Of a stretch of 64,000 nt of DNA, positions 45,048 to 58,090 are shown piece by piece. Position numbers and translations under genes: made by a program. How positions within the stretch are numbered: position 1 is the first letter of the stretch; every line of letters begins with the position of its first letter. This stretch comes from Plasmodiophora brassicae (taxonomy: Eukaryota): the NCBI GenBank assembly GCA_036867785.1, contig CP145413.1, positions 744,001 through 808,000 on the forward strand, read 5' to 3'. The notes beneath the pieces were generated by a model. It made no database searches. It worked only from the letters and a program-made list of their open reading frames with translations, and had not been told where the DNA came from.

Positions 45048-46189
45048 CAGCGATAGGCGAGCATGACCCAAGGAAAACGTCGTCGACGAGCAACTGTTCG
45101 TACCGGGGTGTCTTGTCCCATGGAACGTACGACTCACGGTGTGCCCAGGTTGGATGATAACGTTGATAAGGAAGATGAGGTACTGCTCGACGCTAGAAGC
45201 TGGAAGACGACGAGAAGGTGGAGGGCCAGTGTCCGGATTAGTTAGATATTGGTGCTGGTCTCGACGATCAGGTCGGCCGAGATGCGCAAGGTGCCGATGC
45301 CCAGCAAGCATCTTTCCGATCTTCCCGAACGTGTGCACAACGCCAAAGCTTCCAATAAGGTGGGTGCTTCGCGTGGTGTGCGGGAGGGGGGCGCAACGTA
45401 GGGGCCTGTTAACCACCGTCAGTACTTCGAATATCGCGGTCGACGCTTACTTGAGTGTGGTGGTGTCCGCTATCGCGATTCTGCAGCTTCACAGACTGTT
45501 CGTCAGCAGCCGCGTGACGTCTCGCTGAACTGGAGTTGGTCATTGTGTGGGATGCGGTAGGTGCCTTGCTGCGTTGGGTCGGTGTGGCGTGTCGCGTCAG
45601 ACGCCGGTTCAGCGCGCGCGCAGAGCTGCTGACGAACAGCCTGTGAGGCTGAAGAACGGCGAAACGGACACCAACCTCAGTAAGGAAATTCTATGTTTAA
45701 TCGTAATGAATAAAAGGTAGGTGTCGCCTGGAGTTGCTGTTATGCGGCGCCGGATCGTCAGCGATCGCCGGTCGCCCGAGCAGGTGATGGTACGCACTGC
45801 GCCGGCTGTGCTCGGTCCACGCAGCGGGCGTATGCACCGCAGCGCTGGCTTAAAGCAGCAAGTCGACATAGCGGTCTGGTTCGTGCTGGACGTGCTCGAC
45901 GACGGCCTCGGCGGCGGGGACGGGGACGGCGGCGGCTTGGTTGTCCGGATCGTCCTGCAGGCCGGGTTCGACGAACGCGATGCAGTGCGGTCCGGCCAGC
46001 GATGCGACGCCTGGGCCGACATCGACAACGGCGCCTCATGCATGCACTTGGCGACGGTTGCCCGGGTCGCCGTACCCAGCACGTGCATCTACCGGCGCTG
46101 TCGGTCAGACAGCCTGAAGGTCGGATCCCGCCAGGTCGGCATGATGCAGGGCACCGTCGTCGAATCGGCCGCCTCAGGTTCATGTCTCA

Positions 46190-47860
46190 GTAAAATGTCG
46201 TATTCTTGGAATTGGAGCGCGAGGTAGTCGAAGGCATCGCGGTAGTCGGCCCGCTCGGGTGCATTAGCCAAATTCGCCAATCGATCAGCGGGTGCAGCAA
46301 GCGCATGGGCTCGACGCAACCCCCCAGGTGGAACTGAAACGTCGGGTAACACCCGACACACCCCTGGCACGGGATCAGGCAGACCAGGTACCGGTTGCAG
46401 ATCCAGGAGAGGACAGCGTACGCGTGCTTCGAATTCGCCGGCACATCGCTCCACGGGATGCGGCTGGGTGTACCGCTGGACCTGCAGCGCCATCAGCTTC
46501 CCCTTTGCGCCGTCCCACGTCCGCTGGTGCAGCTTCTGTAGCAGGGCGCTCTCCCGTCGGCAGCGGCGGCAATCTCGGCACACGTCGACCCGTGCGCTTG
46601 CACTCGTCGACCAGCTGCTGGCGCACGCGCTGCGCCGGCGCGCCGGCCGCCCACAGCTGGTTGCAGCGTGCGAGCACCGGGCACCGGCGCGTCATCTTCA
46701 CGACGTTGCTGTGTCGATCCGCGAGCGCCCGCTTCGCCGTTAACGGCAGGAACTGCACATTCTCGCCGACGATCGGCAGCGCATCCATCGGAACGGACGC
46801 CGCGATTTGCTCGATCTTGAAGAGACGAGTCGCGCGCAGCCGAACGACGTGCGGCCGCCGGTGGGATGCCGGCTGCGCGCAGCATCAGGACGTTGCCGCG
46901 CACGATACATTGCCACCGACGACTTCATCAACGAGTCTATGCCCACGAGCGACGCTTACGAATGATCCGAGGAGGCCAGGCCATACTCGGCGCGGGCGCG
47001 GACCCAGATGAAGATGAGCAGTCGCTTGCGGGCCAGGGAGAAGTGCTTGGTTGCAAGGGCGCCGGTCCGTCCGATCGCCACTCGCCAGAAGCAGCGACTT
47101 GGCCTTCCCCGTCCTGTTCGTGAGCTGGGCACCATTGGCGAAATCACGTCGCGTATCACCATTCCCAGGAACTTGGTAACTTGGTCGAAGACGCCAGGTC
47201 GGCCTCTTCCGGGATCTCGTCTTCCATGGTTGTGAACGTCGCGCCGCGGCGCGCCGGGTCCTTCGTCACCTGTGGCTTTCGAGCATTGAATACGAACCGG
47301 TGCCGCCGGTCGTAATCCTCGCGGTGATCCAGCATCCGCTGCGCGACGTCGTCCGACAACGCGTAAAGCGACGTGTCGTCGGCGAACATCTGCGCAGAGA
47401 TGGGCTGACCGTACAGCGAGGGTGCAACGCGTCCGAAGACGCGGCACAGCCCGACCGGCAGGTCGTCGATGTGGATGTTGAACAGGAGCAGGGACAACAT
47501 GGCTCTCTGGAAGACGCCGACCAGCACGTCAATCGCGCTCGACAGCTGCCTGTCCAGCATCATCTGGAACGTGCATCCGTCGAACTGCGACTGGACGACA
47601 GCGACATTAACGTGAGCGGGGACGCCGCGCGCCAGCAACTTCTCGTTGGCGAGGGCGCGCTCGGTCGTGTCGTACGCTTTCTGGTTGTCCAGGAGGATCG
47701 TCGTGACCGGCTGCTTCAGCCGTCGGTACTTGTCGATCAGCTCGCTGGCGACCAAGAATCGATATTCAGTACGTACGGGCCGTGGTTCAACCACGTTGAC
47801 GTCATCGAGAACAACGGCGCAGCACCACGCCAGGCCACGTCGCCGACCCCCCAACATCGA
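46190..47860 (-). pseudogene. Degraded non-LTR retrotransposon RT and C-terminal region
   Basis: LLDNQKAYDT, VGVFQRAMLSLLLFNIHIDDL, QMFADDTSL; downstream Cys/His-rich remnant; several frameshifts. Confidence 0.8.
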
Positions 47861-48904
47861 CGCCGGACACCAGCCGAGCTTCGCAGCGAATTTCCGGACG
47901 CTCTGCGTCTGACCCCAATACCGGTTTAGCTACCAGTTGTACCAGTTTCGCGTACCAGTTGTACCAGTTTTGCTACCAGTTGTACCAGTTTTGCTACCAG
48001 TTGTACCAGTTTTGCTACCAGTTGCACCAGTTGCACCAGTTTTGCTGGTAGTCTGCCGTCGGTCCGCCATGGCATCGAGCGCCGACCGGCGGCCGACAAA
48101 CCAATGAAACCATGCGCAAACTTGCGCAAACTTGCGCAACGTTGCGCAACGTTGCGCGCGCAACGCGCCGTACCTTGCGCGCGCAACGTTTTTTTTGTAG
48201 CTTCGAGGGTGGTTGCCGGACAGACAGAGAACTCGAGTGCAGGGCACGAGAGCCCTATACGCGTCAAGGTCGTAATTAACTTTCTGACGGCATCCTTCAC
48301 TTGAACATCTTCGCTGAGCTTATCAACCTCGCGCTGATACTTCAAGATCAGCGGTCTGATAATATTGTCGGGATCAGGCAGAGTTTCGAGCTATAAGACG
48401 GCAGGAGCTCAGGCATGAACATAGGGAAGAAGAAGCATTACGCTTCCTTACCGCTTGAATGAATTCGACCACCTGCTCGCGCTTAATTTTCGCGTCCCTA
48501 TTCAGGAGGCTTTCTAGGAGACTGTCGAATGACCGTGCGGTGAGAGTTGATCTAGCAAACTCCTCAAGGACTGGCAGCGCTTCGTCCACATTACGGGGGA
48601 GCCGTGCATCGAAAGAATGAGAGCTTCGGAGTAAATGACGTTGTAGGAATTCGATCAGAGCCTATAAGTTGTCTTAAAAGACGACGATGACGCTCAGCAA
48701 GCGCTTACCTGTTCATTTTCATCAAGCTGGTCTCCAGGTCGGTTGCGAGGCCGGGCAGGTATCGCATCATGCAAAGCGTCTGAGGCAGCGAACCCAGAAA
48801 CGCAGGCAAACGGCGGGATGACTGTTCGGATGACATGGGCGATGGTGAATGCAGGAATTCTTCATCCAACGAATTTGTGTGATCATCGTGTACATCTGCA
48901 ACGG

Positions 48905-49485
48905 TGAAGACGTCAGATATGCCGGCCTACACCATTAAATATGAGAATCTCAACAGAAACTGGTACGCCTACCTGGACAAGCCGGCGGAGAAGACGGTAC
49001 TGGTATTGACATGGAAGATTCATGGGGTACGACGCCTGATGTGTCCCTTGGCGGTAGCGCAGCCGGACTCACAGGCAACAGCGGCCGCGGGTCCGGGTCT
49101 TCGGGTAACGGCGGCGCCGGATCATCGGGTAGCGGCGAAGCCTGATCCTCAGGTATGTCGAACTCCATATCCAGCAGCACACTCGTGCGGCACACCGACG
49201 CTGCCACGCACCCCGCAAGTCTGGTGTCAGCGCCGCCCGCGCTGATGTAACGTGCACCGCGTCTCACGTCTACGACGTTGCCCGTCACACCCAATATCTT
49301 CGCTCTATATCCATCAATATATCTCACTCTGATTTCGTCGTTTCAGATTAACAGTCGTAACAGCGCTCTGGGCGTCTCGCTCGCGTCCAACGTCATGGCC
49401 GATCGCGGCCGAACGGCGGCGAAATCGCGGCACGTGAGCGGGATCGTCAAGCGAAAGCAGCGTTGACGCCTCTGACAGCTGACCA
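48905..49485 (+). mobile_element. Single-LTR Copia-type insertion: LTR ~48905-49345, PBS and 140 bp of interior
   Basis: TGAAGACG...CGTTTCA termini; PBS GATTAACAGTCGTA 49346-49359; AACGG at 48900-48904 and 49486-49490. Confidence 0.65.
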
Positions 49486-51282
49486 AACGGCAAATCGATA
49501 GGAAGATGATCGGGAAACGCGGACCCGATGTGTCTCCGCATGGGACGGCGGTTGCGATTCAGGCGTCTCCTTGTCATTTAAGCCCGTTCGGACAACGACA
49601 ATCGACGATGACTACCGCCGAGATGTGCGACTCTAGCTCTGTTGCAAGGTACAACGTCGGCGCACCGAGCTGCTCGCCCGACGAACCGGCCAGATTCGAG
49701 GCTGCGCAACCTCACGGACCAGAATCGGCCCGCTGCACTCCTGCAGACGCGGTGGGTCACGGCGTCGCCAGTCTAACAGCCCATAATTTGGTGATGGGAT
49801 CACTTATAGCGGTTAAAGGTCGTTCATTTCAAGTACGATTACTTAATTGTTGGAAGAGATCATGTTGAGCTCACGCTGCGCTGGCGCAGCAGCTGGACCC
49901 CGTATCCCGATCCGTTCGGAACCCCGAGCCGATCCACAAATATGGGCCCAAACCTCGACCCGGTGCCTCAATTGCCACTGTGCCCAGCGATCGACGTCGA
50001 TCGAGCAGAATCGTGTGTTCGGACAGTGCTCATTCTGATTCGCTGGCCCCGAGTCGCGCACCAACGATCATGCCCGGGAGAAGCAAACACAGGCCCCAGG
50101 CGCGTCGCGGCATCGCTACGACTTCGTCCGAAGATGACCGTGATCGTTCGACCAGACAGACGCAACGTCGGGGCAGTCGCAGGACTCATGCTAGTCCGGA
50201 TCCAGATGAAACGAGGCGTCGTGAAGCCGAACCAGAGGAATCGGGGTATCCTGAAGCCGCGCCAGAGGAAACGGGCCAGCCTGAATCCAATCCAGAATGG
50301 TACCGTGCACGATGGTTCCAAGCGGCTCCTTCCTAATCGATGGTCAGGGTTGTTAGTGTGCATCCACACCACATTGCGATGCGTAAGGACGCGACGTTTT
50401 ACCCGAAGTTCCACAGGAAGGAACCGCTGAACCTGCTTCCGGCGCTGGTTCCTTACTGCCCAACGAGCGTTCACCGGGGGCGAGAATCGAAAGAAAGGAA
50501 AGCGCTCGTCCAGCAGACGAAGCAACTATTCAACGCGTAAGTTGCCCCAACATGTGCACGCCGACGGTACACCGACGTCTTGTATCTGCAGGGAGTATGC
50601 TACGGAGAACGACCTGCTCGCCGGGTCCGATGCATTAAAAAACAAACGCATCTATGACGGCGTCGTTGAGTATTTGTGCAAGAACGGCGTCTCGCTTGAG
50701 GACGCGCGTTCGTGGCCGTTTGAAGAGACGAAACGAAGTAAGCCCACGTTTTGAAATGCTACGATAAACTGATATATGACGTGGGTCATCGGATAGTGAT
50801 CAAAAACTTCTTATTTCAAGCGAAGGATTCTGCTGGACTGATTGACAGGAGCCCTGGTGTCGCACCACGGTGCAAGCGGACGAAACGGCAGGTCATTGCC
50901 GGCGCTGGAACCAAGTTCGAATGGCTGCGCCGCCTATGGTCGAAAATGCAGGACATTCCAGACGCGAATCCAGCCCTGCAAGGTGATGAATTTGCAAGAC
51001 GAGTCGTATCTGTGATAACTGAATAAATCCCGAACCCCGCGACGGACTTCGCCAGTCCGTCAAAGCGTTCGTTGCATCAGCTTGCCTGATCGTGACATTT
51101 TGACGGACTAACCAACGGTCACCGCCGTCCCGCCCGCCCCGTTCCGCCCGCTCCGTTCCGCCCGCTCCGTTCCGCCCGCTCCGTTCCGCCCGCTCCGTTC
51201 CGCCCGCTCCGTTCCGCCCGCTCCGTTCCGCCCGCTCCGTTCCTGCCGTCCCGTTTCCTGTCCGTCTACCGGTGTGTTCGCG

Positions 51283-52131
51283 ATGACAACGAGCGAGGAC
51301 CAGATCGCCGCACTGGCAGATCAAGTGCGGGACCTCACGCTCACTGTCAGCGACATGCTGCACCAGCTGAAAGCTATGCAGTCCGTAGTGGCCGACCGGG
51401 TCGAAGATGCCGTTGGGACAGCGATAAATCGCTCGCTGCCCGACAAGATGCCGCCGAGCGAGCCGTCGCCGACATCCCGACACATCGTCGACCACCAGAT
51501 CCACCTGCCCCGCTTTACCGGGCGTATTCGCGACAGTTCCACGAACTCCCGCGACTTTCTGAAGTGTCTGTCAAGGACGCTGCAGCTCCCGTCATCGACG
51601 ACCCGCCTTCCGCCGGCGGCGCACAGCGCCCTTCTTAGATCGCTGGAAGGCCCGGCGTTGGAAGTCTATTTCGGGCTGCCGGACGACGCCACGATGGCCG
51701 ACCTGTCCTACGCGATGTCAAAATGGTTTCCGGTGCCGACGTTCGAACAGCTGGAGGAGTGCTTCGACAACCTCACCCAGACCGAACCTGTCGAAGAGCA
51801 TGTGTTGATGTTCAACAATTTGTATCAAGCGCTTCAGCGCGCGGATGCAACCTTCAAGATGAGTTCGGCCCGGCGCGCGTCGAAGTTCCGGAAGTCGCTG
51901 CATACTGCCTTGTCGGAAAAACTGTTCGAGGACATGATCACCGACTTCGACGAGATGGTCAAAAAGGCGAAACACCTCTGCCCGCGCTACCCCGTTCCGA
52001 AGGTTGTCGCCGCCGATGCCCGTGAGCGTGCCCGCAAGGACGGCCTCTGCTTCTACTGCAAAGAAGATGGCCACCGGATCGCGGATTGCCCGAAACGGCC
52101 GCCGGTTGCACCGGGAAATGTCCAAGGGTGA
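51283..52131 (+). CDS. gag: Gag (copy B)
   Basis: Translation identical to copy A. Confidence 0.95.
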   Translation: MTTSEDQIAALADQVRDLTLTVSDMLHQLKAMQSVVADRVEDAVGTAINRSLPDKMPPSEPSPTSRHIVDHQIHLPRFTGRIRDSSTNSRDFLKCLSRTLQLPSSTTRLPPAAHSALLRSLEGPALEVYFGLPDDATMADLSYAMSKWFPVPTFEQLEECFDNLTQTEPVEEHVLMFNNLYQALQRADATFKMSSARRASKFRKSLHTALSEKLFEDMITDFDEMVKKAKHLCPRYPVPKVVAADARERARKDGLCFYCKEDGHRIADCPKRPPVAPGNVQG

Positions 52132-55100
52132 CCGCCAACGGGTTCGCCGGCCACCCAGTAAACTCTGCATTGTCATCCGAACCCGACCCTGTTCAAATAA
52201 GCGATCTCATGTTTCTCCACGCCCGCTCTGTCCCGCATCTCGTACTTCCGATGACCATATACACCGGGTCCGAAAGTATCTCGACAACGGCCTTGATCGA
52301 CTGTGGCGCGACTAGCAACTTTATCGACTGGTCCTTCGCGCGGCTCCACGTTCTGCCTACCCGCCCGACGCATCGTCCGATACCTGTCCGCGTTGTCGAC
52401 GGCCGCCAGCTCGCACCTATATCACAGGAGACTCAGCCGTTGAGAACGACGGTGGACGCCCAGTTCTCGTGTGAGATCGTCCTGAATCTGATCAATTCGC
52501 CGACCTATCCCGTCATCCTGGGTCTGCCCTGGCTAGCCCAGACTAATCCAGATGTGGATTGGCGCCGGCGGCTCGTCTCGCCGCGCCAGTGCCCCCCCTC
52601 GCCGTCAACGTCAACGCCGACAACTGTGGCGGATCCTGGCCATGCAGAAGCTGAGACAACCGAGGCAAGCGTGGCTGCGCCACACGACGACTGCCGTTAT
52701 CCGGCCCTGGACGCCTCTAGTGCAGCTCCGCTCATCGCCCAGGCGCCTGTTAACACAAAACAACATCCAGATCCAACTTCCGCACAAGACCTGATCGTGA
52801 CACCATTGCCGCCTGCGGCCAACGATGAACGCCGGGTGGCAGAGTCCTTGGCGACAGCCGCAATTGAGACTCAGGACAAAGCCGCTGGCGACCTGGAAAC
52901 GGCTGACACCGGTAACACCCCTGCGAACTGCCTCGAGCTCGAATCGTTCCCCGACCAGACAGGCTGGCTAACGTCGCCGGCGCGGGAGCAGCGACACAGG
53001 CGGGGAGCCGGTCGACGTCTACCAGATTGTCGTTTGGACGACGGTTCCAGGGCACGCCAGGTGGTCAGCCTGTTCATGTGCTCATCCATCGTGGCGGCCG
53101 CTTGGGCGCTTGCCTTCGTCACTATGTGCCGCGAACCCGCACGCGTCGACCTTCGTGCTTATCTAAACACGTCATCTGACGACGCCTGTCCGATCGCCCC
53201 GCCGAACGCCGGCCCTGACGTTCTAGCCGGAGATGCTCCACAGTCGTCGTGCGACGTACGGCCCACGGATTCTAATCAAGGCGACGGGACGCGGATCGAC
53301 CACGTTCCCTTGCCGGCACCAAGCACTGAAGAACCTCTGGCGGCCAACGTTCCCATCCATCTAGTCGACGCCGAACCGTTCCTGGACGCACTCATGGACG
53401 ACGCTCAGTGCTACCTCATCCATTATACGTGGACCGAGGACACCGAGTCAGAGCAGACGAAGATACCTGAAAAATACCAGGATTTTGCCGACGTGTTCGA
53501 CGAGGCCACCGCCACATCCTTACCGCCGCACCGCGCCTCTGACTGCTCGATCGACCTGAAACCGGGGACGGAGCCTCCATTCTGTCGCCTCTACGGCTTG
53601 TCTCCCCGCGAACAGGTAGCCCTCAAGAAGTATTTGGAAGATAACCTCCAGTCGAACTTCATACGGCCGTCGCGTTCATCTGCCGGCGCGCCGATCCTTT
53701 TCGCGAAGAAGAAGGATGGTTCGTTACGGCTTTGCGTTGATTACCGAGGCCTGAACTCGGTCACCGTGAAGAACCGTTACCCACTTCCGCTCATCGACCA
53801 GCTGCTTTCGACACTCGGTCAAGCAACGGTCTTCTCCAAGATCGACCTTCGAAGTGCGTACAACCAGATCCGCATTCGCGAAGGTGACGAATGGAAGACA
53901 GCATTCCGGACACCGTACGGATTGTTCGAGTACCTGGTTATGCCCTTCGGGCTTGCCAACGCCCCGGCATCCTTTCAAGCCTTCATGAACGAGACATTCA
54001 GCGACTTCATTGACCGTTTCGTTGTTGTTTACCTTGACGACATCTTGATTTTCTCCAAGAATGCTGAGGAACATGAACAGCACGTGCGTTTGGTGCTCGA
54101 ACGTCTACGCTCCGCGCGCCTGACGGCCAAACTGTCTAAGTGCTTGTTCGACGCACCGGAGGTCGAATTCCTCGGCTACTTAGTGTCCAAGGACGGCCTC
54201 CGGTTGGATCCCAGCCGAGTAGACACAATACTCGCGTGGGCCCCGCCGCGTGACCTCCACGGGCTGCAAGTCTTCCTTGGGTTCGCCAACTTCTACCGAA
54301 AGTTCATCCCGCATTCGCGGAGATCGCACTTCCCTTGACGAACCTTACTCGCGGGGAAACCGAATTTATCTGGAACGAGACTGCTTCGACCGCCTTCGCA
54401 ACTCTGAAGAGCGCGTTCACACGCGCTCCGGTCCTCGCCCACTTCGATCCTAGCGTGCCGTGCGAGATTGAAACGGATGCCTCCGACTTCGCCATTGCCA
54501 TGGTCCTCTCACAACGGGGCCGTGACGGGGACTTACACCCTCTGGCGTTCTTTTCGAGGAAACTGGACCCCGCTGAGATCCGATATGCGGTCTACGACAA
54601 AGAGCTCCTGGCCGTTGTTGCGTCCTTCGAGAAATGGCGCCAGTTCCTGGATTCGGATGAACATCAGACACTTGTGCACAGCGACCACCGCAACCTCAAG
54701 TACTTCATGACGACCCACAAGCTTAATCCGCGCCAAATCCGATGGTCCCAACTGCTTAGCGGCTTCGACTTCATGATTCAGCACCGACCGGGCCGCTTGC
54801 ACGGTAAACCTGACGCCTTGACGCGCCGCCCGGAGTACGTCCCGACGGCGTCTGAAGAAGGCATCCTGCAACAATCTCTCCAACTGCTCCCGCTTCATCG
54901 CCTAGTTCCGTCCCCCGTGGTGGACGCGTTCACCGTCCACGCGGAGGCGGCTCCGTCCGAGCCTCTCCTAGACCGTATCCGACGACACCAAGCGAGTGAT
55001 CCGTTCGTCGCCAAGATTGCCGGTCTGCTCGACCGACCTCAAGGTAGGAAGTATTGCCTGAGAGACGGCCTCCTGTACAAAGGACGCTCCTTGGTCGTCT

Positions 55101-56446
55101 CCGGAGACGAATGCAAGATCGAGATCCTCCGGCAACTCCACGATAATAGGGCCTCTGGTCACTTTGGTATCCGCAAAACGCTTGGGCTTGTCCAGCGTGA
55201 ATTTTGGTGGCCTGGCATGAGGGCCTTCGTCAAACTGTACGTCTCATCCTGCGACATTTGTCAGAGAAGCAAGTCTCCGCGCCACAAACCGTCCGGGCTC
55301 CTGCTGCCTCTTCCCTTGCCGAGTTCTCTGTGGTCATCGATCTCAATGGATCTAATTGTCAAGCTTCCAGTTTCCGACGGCTACGATTCGGTCCTCGTCG
55401 TCGTCGACCGGTTTTCGAAAATGGCCCACTTCATTCCGTGCAAGGAGACCCTCACAGCGGTCGAGCTGTCCGACCTGTTTTTGCAGCAGATATTCCGCCT
55501 GCATGGCCTACCGGACGACATCGTCTCCGACCGGGGGCCCCAGTTCGTGTCGGCCTTCTGGAAGCACTTACTGGACCGTCTTGGTATCCAACGGAACTTG
55601 TCTTCATCCCGGCACCCGGAATCCGACGGCCAGACGGAACGCGTGAACCAGATCCTCGAACAATACTTACGCTGCTATGTTAGCTACATGCAGGACGACT
55701 GGCTGCAACTTCTGCCTATGGCCGAGTTCGCGTACAACAACGCCGACCATTCGGCCACCGGCATGTCGCCGTTTTTCGCCAACTACGGGTTTCATCCAAG
55801 GGTGACGGAGCCTCGACCCAGGAATGGCCAAGTCTGTAACCCAGCCGCCGATGAGCGTGCCGAATTCCTTGAGAAGGTTCGCCGCTACTTGAAGGGCCAA
55901 CTGCAACGGGCGGTCGACGCTATGAAGCGCTCTGCGGATCGCCGTCGCCGCGAACCACCACCACTGCAGGTGGGCGATCTCGTCATGCTCAGGCGTGGAA
56001 CCTTATCGACTGGCCGCCCGTGCGGGAAACTGGATGACCGTCTGCTGGGACCCTTCCAAGTTGTTCGCACAGTTAACCCCGTCGCATACGAAGTGAAGCT
56101 GCCTCCTACCTCGCGCCTACATAACGTCTTCCATGTGTCACAGCTGGAACCGTATACGCCTAATGTCCTTCCACATCGCCAACAGCCACCGCCGCCGCCC
56201 ATTGTATTGGAAGATGACGACCAGCCCCTGTTCATCGTTAAGTCGATCTTGGATTCCCGATACCGGTCGGGGCGGTTGCAATATCTCATAGATTGGGAAG
56301 GATACTCCCCGTCCGATCGCACCTGGGAACCCGCGGGCAATCTCCATGGGACAGGAGGCCTGGACCAAGCGATTGCTGAATTTCATGCTCGATATCCCGA
56401 TAAACCTGGCCCTCGCTCCCGAAACCGGCGGAGACCCAATCGCTAG
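52113..56446 (+). pseudogene. pol: Pol (copy B) with a 1-bp frameshift, possibly a sequencing error
   Basis: GCATTCGCG versus GCATTTCGCG in copy A splits the ORF into 52086-54338 and 54335-56446. Confidence 0.9.
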
Positions 56447-56808
56447 AAGAGGACTATTCTGTGATAACTGAATAAATCCCGAACCCCGCGACGGACTTCG
56501 CCAGTCCGTCAAAGCGTTCGTTGCATCAGCTTGCCTGATCGTGACAGTATCGTCATTGGAACGGATTGGCGGGGGAATGCCCGACATGTAGTGTTCCAAT
56601 AAAGACAATCCAAGTTGACGTAGCCTCATGTGACTGCAATCGGCTGCACAATTAGCTGCAATCGACTGTGGGTTGGCTGCAGAATGAGCTGCAGATTAGC
56701 TGCAATCGGCTGCAGAATTGGCTGCAACACCGGGGACGATCGGCTGCAGATGAGCTGCATTCGACTGCAGAATTGGCTGCAAAACTGGGGGCGATCGGCT
56801 GCAGAATC

Positions 56809-57004
56809 TGTCAAGGACCATGTCGTACCACCGGCACACGGTGACGCTGTGACTGCGCGCGACTGCGTAACGTCCACGGCAGAGGCTCCGCCACTGACGC
56901 CGTTGTCGGTAACGGCTTGGCAAGCCCCTGTTACACAGCGTTACATCGCCACCGTCTCGCGCCGATGTCGGTCGGAATAAATGACTTCGTTATCGTCTTC
57001 ATCA
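56809..57004 (+). repeat. Solo LTR of the 12756 family
   Basis: Near-identical to 12756-12950; TSD GAATC on both sides. Confidence 0.93.
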
Positions 57005-57169
57005 GAATCGGGACAATCGGCTGTCAGTTGGCTACAATCGGCTGCAAGGGTCGCTACAGCCGGCTGCAGATTTGGTTACAGCCGGCTGCAGATTTGGCTA
57101 CAGCCGGCTGCAGATTTGGCTACAGCCGGCTGCAGATTTGGCTACAGCCGGCTGCGGATTTGGCTATAA

Positions 57170-58090
57170 GAGCATCCCCAACCCGTAGCTATATCCCTAG
57201 CTATAGTCAAAATTTAGCTAGAAAACAGCCCCACCCGGGCTAGCTATCGCTATATTTTTTGACTTGCCTCGCCATTTCGGCACGAAATAGCTAGGCAAGC
57301 AAATCTCTAGCCACGGAGTTGCGCACATTTTGTCTGACTGGGAGATCGTGGGGACGGCCTCGTGGTTCCTGTTGATCGAGGGAACCATGGGCGATATGAG
57401 GCGAAGAAAGGTCGTAGAGGCTCGGAGTGGGGCGGAAAGGAAGACATGTCATTGGGGCGTGCCTATGTTGTCATTTCCCATGATCCTGGTGTCAGAAACG
57501 GGCAGAAATTAAACGAACGTATTAGCTACAAGCGTCAGCACACCCGTACGCGATGATTCGCATGGCTGCGACAACTTTCTGCAGCGGTACACCTGGAAGC
57601 CCGCCGGTGAATGAGTGGTTCTGTGTCTGAAACCATGGATCTTGTCCAAGAACCCCGTCCATGATCTCGCGAACAAAGGTTTCTACGGAAGCGCCGCCTG
57701 AACAGAGATGTTCGTTGTACATCGCACCTGCAGCAAATTATTCGCGGATGTTTCGTTCCGTACCGTATTCAGAGTGTGTTCAGCATTGGGCCTGCGACAG
57801 GGTCTGGACCCACCAGATACGGGTTTCTGCTTCTTCTTGCTCGTGTGGTGTCGCCAGGCTAGCTCGAGAAACTGGATATTCGCCGCAGAAGCCTCTTTGA
57901 ACGATGCCAGTGCTGTTATTGAAACGGAATCGAGGATTACATCCGACGACAAGTACAATGGGCAGGAAACGCTGGCACAGTAAAATAGCTATGGCTATCA
58001 CCGGATGGGGATTGGGAAAATAGCGATCGCCAAAATTGCCGCAAAACGGGCATTTTAGCTATGGCTATGGCTAGCCGGGTGGAGATGCTC
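57170..58090 (-). mobile_element. PIF/Harbinger deletion derivative (921 bp)
   Basis: TIRs GAGCATC(C/T)CCA; TSD TAA; TAGCTAT subterminal repeats; transposase remnant DPWF...LQKVVAAMRIIAYGCAD. Confidence 0.9.

Larger units (their letters stand above)
36796..48217. mobile_element. Unclassified TIR DNA element with 8-bp TSD and tandem subterminal repeats
   Basis: TSD GGACAGAC (36788-36795, 48218-48225); inverted ACCACCCT(T/C)GAAGCT(G/A)CAAAAAAAA 4 bp inside each end; removal restores EFSVCPEGHVFP. Confidence 0.85.
15860..48890 (-). pseudogene. CACTA TnpD-like transposase in pieces (~48226-48890, 36095-36795, 25368-26960, 21955-21965, 15860-16713)
   Basis: Motifs in the expected order: FSVCPEGH..PCC..FYYLP; LLRDGCIP..SINLCLPEDLR..GLMPEIRGP; ICLADISP; CIMHSLLLN; WKAHD; HSIIHIPD...GPISGFVWALAVERW. 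Frames rejoin when the TSD-bounded insertions are removed. Confidence 0.85.
51011..56546 (+). mobile_element. Chromodomain Ty3/Gypsy copy B (5536 bp)
   Basis: 87-bp LTRs at 51011-51097 and 56460-56546; TSD GTATC; same as copy A except one T missing near 54315. Confidence 0.98.
49980..56591 (+). pseudogene. Divergently oriented intron-containing accessory gene of the CACTA element, interrupted by Gypsy copy B
   Basis: Exon-like ORFs at 50340-50540, 50592-50737 and 50780-51010 with GTAAG donors; frame continues after the TSD as SLERIGGGMPDM*; start uncertain. Confidence 0.5.

Noticed and set aside
45721-46100. Ankyrin-like fragment (VVRIVLQAGFD...NGASCMHLA)
   Set aside because: Too degenerate to call without a profile search.
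2153-56446. Numerous short antisense and alternate-frame ORFs within retroelements
   Set aside because: Expected from high GC; repeated only because the host elements are repeated.
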